Shown: piece after piece, positions 1 through 6,135 of the stretch
Numbering within the stretch: position 1 is the stretch's first letter
How the letters are laid out: each line of letters begins with the position of its first letter
Assembly (NCBI GenBank): GCA_001567245.1
Contig: LMZU01000001.1
Location: 14,235 to 78,234 of the forward strand
Direction of reading: 5' to 3'
Length of the DNA: 64,000 nucleotides
From: Microgenomates bacterium OLB23
GTDB taxonomy: Bacteria; Patescibacteriota; Microgenomatia; UBA1406; HO2-37-13b
Notes under the pieces: model-generated
What the model was told of the DNA's origin: nothing
Databases searched by the model: none
What the model saw: the letters and a program-made list of their open reading frames with translations, nothing else
Translations under genes and position numbers: made by a program

Positions 1-285
1 AATAATAGCAATAAAAATATTGAGGTTAGTAAGCACAAAGGTAATGCCAAAAAATAACGAGGCAAGAGCAATAAACGAACTACTTCTTTTTGCGTGTGAG
101 ATATCTAGTAAAAATACAGAGATGAGTGAAATATACAAAAGCACCCCAGAGCTAAGAAGTAGCGTGAAGCTTATTGCATGTCTTCCATCTATAAACCCAA
201 ATACATCGAGCAACCCGAACGTGCTACCAGAGAAAATCGATGCAATTGCCAGAATAAAAAAAATCACTGTTTGTTTTCTTGACAT
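1..285 (-). CDS. membrane protein, N-terminal part (gene continues past left edge)
   Basis: My translation of the minus strand from ATG (rc of 283-285) gives MSRKQTVIFFILAIASIFSGSTFGLLDVFGF... It has hydrophobic helices, stays open to base 1 and lies directly downstream of the dsbA-like gene. The listed 20..292 (+) ORF is its antisense shadow. Confidence 0.4.
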   Translation of the reverse strand, partial: MSRKQTVIFFILAIASIFSGSTFGLLDVFGFIDGRHAISFTLLLSSGVLLYISLISVFLLDISHAKRSSSFIALASLFFGITFVLTNLNIFIAII

Positions 286-299
286 ACAATGATTGTACC

Positions 300-947
300 T
301 TACTGCAAAAGCTTTTCAAAATCCTCTAGCGATTGCGGCGAGACAATTTTTTTGCCATTCATAAAGAATGTGGGTGTTGCTTGTACTCCTGCACTATTTC
401 CACTTGCCATGTCTTGATTAACACTGTCTTTTGCTTTCTGGCTTGCAGCATCGGCCTTCAATTTTGCTATGTCGAGCTTTAGCTCTTCAGCGTATTTAAT
501 AAATACCTTTTCAGGGTCTGAAACTTTGTCCCATTCAGACTGTCCCTCAAATAGCTTGTCGTGCATTTCAAAAAATTTACCTTGCATTCCGGCAGCTTCG
601 GCAAAAAGTGATGCAGGTAAGGCATTTTTATGTTGCTGTAGGGGGAAGTGCCTATATACTAGCCGCACCTTATCTTTATTTTTGTCGGCAAATGCTTCTA
701 CTAGTGGTGCGTAAGCTTTGCATGCAGGGCACTGAAAATCACTATATTCAACAAGAGTAGCCGATGCGCTTGCAGAACCCTTTTGCCAGTCATCATTGGT
801 TACTTTAAGGTCAATAACCGGTTGGTTAGTGTCTGTAGACGTTGATGTTGTGCCATTAATCATTTTCCACACGCCAAATAACCCCACGAATAATAGTACC
901 GCGACTATTGTTCCTGCAACCAGTTTGTTTTCCATGAGTGCGTTCAT
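300..947 (-). CDS. DsbA-like thiol:disulfide oxidoreductase (thioredoxin fold, membrane anchored)
   Basis: Track ORF 300..986. N-terminal anchor NKLVAGTIVAVLLFVGLFGV followed by an FQCPACKAY CxxC motif. Start moved to the internal ATG at 947; 935 is also possible. Confidence 0.8.
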   Translation of the reverse strand: MNALMENKLVAGTIVAVLLFVGLFGVWKMINGTTSTSTDTNQPVIDLKVTNDDWQKGSASASATLVEYSDFQCPACKAYAPLVEAFADKNKDKVRLVYRHFPLQQHKNALPASLFAEAAGMQGKFFEMHDKLFEGQSEWDKVSDPEKVFIKYAEELKLDIAKLKADAASQKAKDSVNQDMASGNSAGVQATPTFFMNGKKIVSPQSLEDFEKLLQ

Positions 948-1021
948 AGTTAAAAAAGTTTTTAATAATAACAATTTACAATCCATATATTACGCAATTT
1001 ATTACACATTATCAAACTCAA

Positions 1022-1682
1022 ATGAACATAAAAAACTACCCGTTACACTTGCGACCGCGTGAAAAAACTAGCAGAACTAGGAGCTCAAAATTTAGCAGAT
1101 AAAGAGTTGTTGGCAATTTTGCTACGCTCAGGCAATGCTAAGAAAAATATACTTAAAACTGTATCTGGACTTCTCAAAAAAGCAAAGCTAACCGATATTG
1201 CAAACATGACAATTCACGACCTTAAAACTATACCCGGAATTGGTACTGCATATGCGGCCTCTATTGTTGCTGCTTTTGAACTTGCCAATAGGGTGCGAGA
1301 TCAAAACAATATGCAGCTTACGCAGCCAGAGCATATGCTACAGCTTGTGCATGATATAAAAAAACGACAACAGGAATATTTTGTATGTTTGTACCTTAAT
1401 GCGCGTTATAATTTGCTTTCTAAAAAAACCATATCAATTGGCACTATTAATGCAAGTCTTGCTCATCCTCGTGAGGTGTTTCGGCCTGCAATAGAAATGG
1501 GGGCTTCATACATAGTGATTGCACATAATCACCCGTCGGGTAAGACAGAACCATCACCAGAAGATGTAATGCTAACTGCACGAATGGTTGAAGTAGGAGA
1601 AATAATAGGTATTCATGTGCTTGATCATATTATTGTTGCCGATAAAGACTGGATGAGTTTTAAGAAACGTGAAATGATGTAG
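1022..1682 (+). CDS. radC: RadC-like JAB/MPN domain protein; frameshifted in assembly
   Basis: Track ORF 1059..1682 has the HNHPSG JAMM motif. Upstream ATG 1022 encodes MNIKNYPLHLRPREK (typical RadC N-terminus) in another frame. The two frames join if the A6 run 1062-1067 is read as A5. Confidence 0.85.
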
Positions 1683-1691
1683 AATGAAGAC

Positions 1692-3050
1692 ATGAAGAAA
1701 ATTGGTTTTTACGGTGCTGCCGGAACAGTTACTGGTTCTGCGTATGTGCTTACACGTTACGATAAAGATCCAGTCATGGTAGACATGGGAATGTTTCAAG
1801 GTCCAAAAGAGGTAGCTCACCTTAACTATGGCGAGCTTGCATTTGATCCTTCACAGCTTATTGGTGTATTGCTTACACATGCACATTTAGATCATTGTGG
1901 CAGGCTGCCGCTTCTTACTCGAGCTGGATTTCATAAAAAAATATATATGACGCAACCCACTGCAGATTTATTAGAGCTAACCCTCATGGATGCGGCGCAC
2001 ATTGCTGCACACGATGACACAAAGGAGCCGCTATTTACCGAACAAGATATAGAGCAAGTGCTTGCACTGGTAGAAATTGTCCAATATGATCAAGAGTTTG
2101 AGTTGGGACCATACTCAGTGCTTTACAAAGATTCAGGTCACATTATGGGCTCTGCCTCAATACAGCTCAAGGATAATTATAATCAAGACGGTGTGGGTAC
2201 CATAGTGTTTAGTGGAGATATTGGTAATTTTCCGCAAGATCTGGTACAGCCTACAGCATTCTTTAACTCTGCAGATGTAGTGCTTATGGAATCTACATAT
2301 GGTGGGCGCACGCATTCTCACGAAAATGCATCTCATGTACTGCAAGAAGAAATTAATATTATCGAAAAACAAGATGCTGCACTTTTGATTCCGTGTTTTT
2401 CAATTGAGCGCACCCAAGAAGTTTTACATCGTCTTGATCACCTTAAGTCTACCGGCAAAATACACGCCGGCACGCCTATTTTTTTAGATAGTCCCATGGC
2501 AATTAAAGCCACAGAGATTTATAAAAAATATCGATCGCTTTATAGTAAAGAGTTGTTGCAGCATAGTCAGCACGATGACCCATTTGAATTTCCGGGCCTG
2601 CGCCTTGTAGAGAAAAGCGATGAAAGTATGAAAATTCATAACACCCCTGGTGCAAAAGTAATTATTGCCGGAAGCGGAATGATGACGGGTGGGCGCATTG
2701 TGCAGCACGCGTTTCATCATTTAAAACGCTCTACAAGCAGATTACTCATTATTGGTTACCAGGGCGAGGGAACATTAGGGCGCCAGCTTGCAGATGGGGC
2801 GTCTGAAGTTGAGATAAATAAACAAATGGTTCCTGTGCACGCACATGTGCGGGTTGTTACCTCTATGAGTGCACATGCTGACGAACCAAAATTATTAGAA
2901 TGGTTAAAACATATTCGAGATGTGCGTCAACTATTTTTAGTGCACGGAGATGATGAGCCTCGAGAACAGCTCAAAAATAAAGTAATAGAGCTAGGACTAC
3001 ATAACGTGCGTTTACCTCAGCTCAACGAAGTACATGAGCTTACGGTTTAG
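1692..3050 (+). CDS. metallo-beta-lactamase / beta-CASP family ribonuclease (CPSF/RNase J-like)
   Basis: 452 aa intact ORF with the HAHLDHCG MBL motif and a C-terminal SAHAD beta-CASP motif. Confidence 0.85.
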   Translation: MKKIGFYGAAGTVTGSAYVLTRYDKDPVMVDMGMFQGPKEVAHLNYGELAFDPSQLIGVLLTHAHLDHCGRLPLLTRAGFHKKIYMTQPTADLLELTLMDAAHIAAHDDTKEPLFTEQDIEQVLALVEIVQYDQEFELGPYSVLYKDSGHIMGSASIQLKDNYNQDGVGTIVFSGDIGNFPQDLVQPTAFFNSADVVLMESTYGGRTHSHENASHVLQEEINIIEKQDAALLIPCFSIERTQEVLHRLDHLKSTGKIHAGTPIFLDSPMAIKATEIYKKYRSLYSKELLQHSQHDDPFEFPGLRLVEKSDESMKIHNTPGAKVIIAGSGMMTGGRIVQHAFHHLKRSTSRLLIIGYQGEGTLGRQLADGASEVEINKQMVPVHAHVRVVTSMSAHADEPKLLEWLKHIRDVRQLFLVHGDDEPREQLKNKVIELGLHNVRLPQLNEVHELTV

Positions 3051-3495
3051 CCCCTTGTTTTACCAATTTTGCAGATTGTTTTATTTGATAGGTTTCACCA
3101 TCGCTCATGGTAATACTATCTTTCTTGGTGAGTTCCCAGTACTGAAGTAAATTTTTAGACAGATAGCCATCAAGCTCTTTAATTTCTTCACTTAAATTTT
3201 TCATTTCAACTTTTGCTTCTACTACACTAGATAGGCTCATGAGCTGATCTTTAGTAGCCTGTTGTTCACGCTTGGCTTCGTTTATTTTTTCCTGTTGAAC
3301 CGCATATGTTTTGTCTGTTTCGAGCGTGTCGTTAATCATGTCACGCAGCTTTTTAAGTTCTTCTCGTTTCATTTTCATACCCGAATAAAAGTTTTTGATG
3401 GTTTTCTCTAGGTCAATCATTTGCAGCGCATCACCCTGAAGGCCCTCTGATAGTGCTATATCTGTATTGGTTGGTTGAGTTGTTGTATCGTCCAT
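3040..3495 (-). CDS. hypothetical coiled-coil protein
   Basis: Track ORF 3040..3609, start trimmed to ATG 3495 (MDDTTTQPTN...). Lys/Glu-rich heptad-like sequence; no family recognised. Confidence 0.5.
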   Translation of the reverse strand: MDDTTTQPTNTDIALSEGLQGDALQMIDLEKTIKNFYSGMKMKREELKKLRDMINDTLETDKTYAVQQEKINEAKREQQATKDQLMSLSSVVEAKVEMKNLSEEIKELDGYLSKNLLQYWELTKKDSITMSDGETYQIKQSAKLVKQGAKP

Positions 3496-3554
3496 AAGAA
3501 CTACACTATACACAAAAGCCTGCATATTTTGCAAGGTGCAACGTATAATATGGT

Positions 3555-4060
3555 ATGGACGCGCCACAAAAGCTTTACTATGCAACCGTTTTGTTTGCTG
3601 ATGGAACACAGCTCACACCGCCATATTTTGTCTTTGAAAAGCTGCCAGAAGGCGTTTCAATGCTGCGCAAGCATTACAAGAAAGCCCAGAACTTATTGAG
3701 TCATTTATAGTAAAAGAACTTGAGTTAATACAAACTCAAGTTCTTCCTGACGAGGCTTTTATTGTGGTGCCTCACACAGATGAAACAATTATTGAGCCCG
3801 CCCCAGCTGATGAGCACGAGATAATAGTACAGCGCGCAGAAGAAGGCGACCCCTCTGAAAGCATAATGGCGGTATTGCCCGAAGAGCAAGAAGGAGAGGA
3901 TTTGCTTTGTCGAGCCTTTTACATGGGGCCATTTAGAAGGGCAGATTCGGTTGAAAATTATATTCAGCAACTTATTGAAGACCCATTTGTGGCGGCTACC
4001 CCACTTGACTATGTATGGCTATACAGACCAACTGGAGAGATGAAATCTGTAAAGGCATAA
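3555..4060 (+). CDS. hypothetical acidic protein; possibly one gene split by a frameshift (3555..3710 plus 3764..4060)
   Basis: Unlisted 51-aa ORF (MDAPQKLYYATVLFADGTQLTPPYFVFEKLPEGVSMLRKHYKKAQNLLSHL) starts 5 nt after TATAAT 3544-3549. The frame of track ORF 3764..4060 is open back to 3638, so a 1-nt indel near 3680-3690 would fuse them. No family recognised. Confidence 0.4.
3714..3745. repeat. perfect 13-bp inverted repeat (AAGAACTTGAGTT / AACTCAAGTTCTT, 6-nt loop)
   Basis: Read directly: arms 3714-3726 and 3733-3745. It lies just after the stop of the 3555 ORF, or inside the coding frame if the two ORFs are fused. Confidence 0.8.
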
Positions 4061-4084
4061 CAGTAAATTAGTACAAAATAGCAC

Positions 4085-4738
4085 ATGGAGTTTTTAAACT
4101 TTTTTTTACATATAGACGAATATCTTACCCTGCTTGTTAATCATTTTGGCATATGGACGTATGTCATTCTATTCTTCATTATATTTGCCGAAACTGGATT
4201 AGTGGTTATGCCGTTTCTCCCCGGCGATTCGCTGCTTTTTGTTGTTGGAACTCTAGCAGGAGCAGGAATATTAAACATTTGGTTAGTATATGTATCACTG
4301 CTAGTTGCTGCTGTATTGGGTGATTCGGTAAATTATTGGATAGGATACAAGCTTGGTACAAAAGTGTTCGAGCGAAAGAACGCGCGTTTTTTTAACAAGG
4401 CTCATTTAGAAAAAACAAGAGAATTTTACGAGAAGCATGGTGGTAAAACCATAATTCTTGCAAGGTTTATTCCTATTATCCGCACGTTTGCACCATTTGT
4501 TGCAGGTGTAGGTAAAATGCATTACGAAACTTTTATTATGTACAATATTGCCGGCGGATTTATTTGGGTAACAAGCTTAACTTTTGCAGGGTACTTTCTT
4601 GGTGGCTTGTCCATTGTGCAACAAAACTTCGAAACAGCTATTTACTTGCTTGTTGCTGTATCTCTGTTGCCAGTAATGGTTGAATATATTAAACACAAGC
4701 TAACAGAAGAAGAAAAAAGTTGTAGAAGATACTACTAA
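4085..4738 (+). CDS. DedA/VTT-domain membrane protein
   Basis: 217 aa intact. LPGDSLLF and RFIPIIRTFAPFVAGVGKM motifs typical of the DedA family. Confidence 0.85.
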   Translation: MEFLNFFLHIDEYLTLLVNHFGIWTYVILFFIIFAETGLVVMPFLPGDSLLFVVGTLAGAGILNIWLVYVSLLVAAVLGDSVNYWIGYKLGTKVFERKNARFFNKAHLEKTREFYEKHGGKTIILARFIPIIRTFAPFVAGVGKMHYETFIMYNIAGGFIWVTSLTFAGYFLGGLSIVQQNFETAIYLLVAVSLLPVMVEYIKHKLTEEEKSCRRYY

Positions 4739-4798
4739 TTACAAAGAAATTACCGAAACCTTCAAAAAAGAACACCTTAGCGACTAGCTCACACGATG

Positions 4799-4872
4799 TG
4801 ACCCCGACGAGATTCGAACTCGTGATTTTCAGGATGAGAACCTGACGTCCTAGGCCGCTAGACGACGGGGCC
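4799..4872 (-). tRNA. tRNA-Glu (anticodon CUC)
   Basis: Manual cloverleaf of rc: GGCCCCG-TC-GTCT..GGAC-G-TCAGG-TTCTCAT-CCTGA-AAATC-ACGAG-TTCGAAT-CTCGT-CGGGGTC-A. No encoded CCA. A TATAAT (rc of 4885-4890) lies 12 nt upstream. Confidence 0.85.
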
Positions 4873-4918
4873 ATATTACACGATATTATACATGAGTTTC
4901 TACCTATGAGAAAAGGAA

Positions 4919-4952
4919 GCAGCTGGTGGCGGGCACGGGTACCACCAGCTGC
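4919..4952 (-). terminator. intrinsic terminator of cassette gene A
   Basis: 11-bp perfect GC-rich stem (GCAGCTGGTGG / CCACCAGCTGC) followed on the minus strand by TTCCTTTTCTC. Confidence 0.7.
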
Positions 4953-4972
4953 CTTTGCCGCTGCTGCGGCAG

Positions 4973-5146
4973 CTACTCGAGTGTGTAACCCGCGTTTCTT
5001 GCGGCCGTCTCGGCCGCCTCGCGAGTTGGGAACAGGTATGGCTTTGTCCCCTCGATCGGGTTGGGGTTCGTGAGATACCCCTTTCCTCGACCGAGATCGA
5101 CAAGGAAGTATCCTTTATGATCCCTTGATTCTCGGATGTGAACCAT
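4973..5146 (-). CDS. small GC-rich cassette protein A (57 aa), family with F-x5-A-x3-A-x3-G-Y motif
   Basis: Track ORF 4973..5209 trimmed to ATG 5146, which is preceded by AAAGGA (SD). MVHIRESRDHKGYFLVDLGRGKGYLTNPNPIEGTKPYLFPTREAAETAARNAGYTLE. Has its own promoter and terminator. Confidence 0.65.
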   Translation of the reverse strand: MVHIRESRDHKGYFLVDLGRGKGYLTNPNPIEGTKPYLFPTREAAETAARNAGYTLE

Positions 5147-5174
5147 GGTTGAACCCGTCCTTTGTGCCCATAGT

Positions 5175-5203
5175 ATTTTAACATAGGACGGTATATGTGG
5201 CAA
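5175..5203 (-). promoter_or_regulatory. sigma70-type promoter of cassette A (-35 TTGCCA, 17 nt, -10 TAAAAT)
   Basis: rc of 5198-5203 is TTGCCA and rc of 5175-5180 is TAAAAT. The spacing was counted by hand. Confidence 0.55.
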
Positions 5204-5223
5204 GAACACAAATAAGAAAGAAA

Positions 5224-5254
5224 GGCGAGCGGGGAGGGCACGGCCCCGCTCGCC
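5224..5254 (-). terminator. intrinsic terminator of cassette gene B
   Basis: 11-bp perfect stem GGCGAGCGGGG / CCCCGCTCGCC with a 9-nt loop, followed on the minus strand by TTTCTTTCTTATTT. Confidence 0.7.
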
Positions 5255-5257
5255 GAG

Positions 5258-5494
5258 CTACAAAGTGTAGCCATGCAAGGTCGCTTGTAGAGCGGCCTCG
5301 GCTCGTGTGTTGAAAATCTGCTTGAGATCTTCGATGTGGGTTGGTCTGCCGTTATGCTGCATGCATCCGGCCTCTTCGCCGGTGTCTGCATCGTAGAGCA
5401 TAACGTAGAACTCTCCCGTAGTACCACAGACCGTGTACGTATAGTGTTTTGGTTCTGCCACCGACACCACCTTTCTGTGCCCTTCCAGCCTCAT
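5258..5494 (-). CDS. small GC-rich cassette protein B (78 aa), same family
   Basis: Track ORF 5258..5575 starts at a TTG in AT-rich DNA, so I trimmed it to ATG 5494: MRLEGHRKVVSVAEPKHYTYTVCGTTGEFYVMLYDADTGEEAGCMQHNGRPTHIEDLKQIFNTRAEAALQATLHGYTL. No SD; TATAGT/TATAAT abuts the ATG, so it may be leaderless. Confidence 0.6.
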   Translation of the reverse strand: MRLEGHRKVVSVAEPKHYTYTVCGTTGEFYVMLYDADTGEEAGCMQHNGRPTHIEDLKQIFNTRAEAALQATLHGYTL

Positions 5495-5593
5495 TATACT
5501 ATAAGACAAGTAGTTTTTGGCAGTTTGACATTGACCTGTTTCTGGTGTATAGTTAGGGGTAATTAAGGCCCTCAAGCCTTATTTTTTGTGTAT

Positions 5594-6055
5594 ATGTCAG
5601 ATCAATACAATTTATCACAAGAAGGATACGACAAACTCATCAAAGAGCTTGACGAACTCAAAAACGATAAACGGCCTCAGGCGGTACAGCGACTTGCTAC
5701 GGCTCGATCTATGGGTGATTTGTCTGAAAACAGCGAATATACCGCAGCTAAAGATGATCTTGGCCTTATAGATAGCCGCATTATGGAAATTGAGCAAATT
5801 GCTCAGAACGCCCATATTGTTGAGCACCACGCAGGTGAATCGACTGTTCAAATAGGTAACAAGGTGCTTGTAAAGTCAGATGATAGCGAAGAGTTGTACC
5901 ATATAGTAGGAGAATTCGAAGCAGATATTACCGCAGGCAAGATTTCTGAGTCATCACCAATTGGTAAAGCATTACTAGGAGCCAAAGTTGGTACCACTGT
6001 AAGCGTAACCATTCCTGCAGGTACAGTTACCTACAAAGTAGTTAAGATAGACTAA
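5594..6055 (+). CDS. greA: transcription elongation factor GreA
   Basis: MSDQYNLSQEGYDKLIKELDELK...GDLSENSEYTAAKD is a classic GreA coiled-coil plus C-terminal domain. ATG 5594 is preferred over GTG 5588. Confidence 0.9.
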   Translation: MSDQYNLSQEGYDKLIKELDELKNDKRPQAVQRLATARSMGDLSENSEYTAAKDDLGLIDSRIMEIEQIAQNAHIVEHHAGESTVQIGNKVLVKSDDSEELYHIVGEFEADITAGKISESSPIGKALLGAKVGTTVSVTIPAGTVTYKVVKID

Positions 6056-6082
6056 TAGGGTTTATGCTCTTAGAGCAGGCAG

Positions 6083-6108
6083 ACCCCGCAACTAGGCGGG
6101 GTTTTTTT
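6083..6108 (+). terminator. intrinsic terminator after greA
   Basis: ACCCCGC-aactag-GCGGGGT followed by T7. Confidence 0.7.
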
Positions 6109-6121
6109 ATACCTAATGCGT

Positions 6122-6127
6122 TATAAT
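6122..6127 (+). promoter_or_regulatory. -10 box (TATAAT) 8 nt upstream of lysS ATG; leaderless-type arrangement
   Basis: Read directly. There is no SD between the box and ATG 6136. Confidence 0.5.
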
Positions 6128-6135
6128 TCACCATT

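Noticed and set aside
20-292. 90-aa plus-strand ORF at the left edge
   Set aside because: The opposite strand encodes a convincing hydrophobic membrane protein starting at 285, co-oriented with the dsbA-like gene.
4900-5427. 175-aa ORF on the minus strand, plus ORF 5336..5566 (+), spanning island 1
   Set aside because: It runs across two terminator hairpins and both cassette genes in another frame. It has a Ser/Pro/Arg-rich composition and no start signals. This is a typical stop-codon-poor artefact of GC-rich DNA.
4880-5580. GC-rich islands as structured ncRNA genes (RNase P RNA, tmRNA, SRP RNA, group I/II intron)
   Set aside because: I found none of the conserved cores: no GAGGAAAGTCC-type P4, no tRNA-like tmRNA ends, no SRP GNAR/GGAA loop context. 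Each unit instead has an ATG, stop and terminator (four also an SD), and the five share a motif at the protein level with divergent nucleotides. A covariance-model scan would be the decisive test.
5560-5592. Small hairpin AAGGC-cctca-GCCTT plus T6 as a terminator or attenuator before greA
   Set aside because: The stem is only 5 bp, and no plus-strand gene ends upstream of it. It may simply be the island border.
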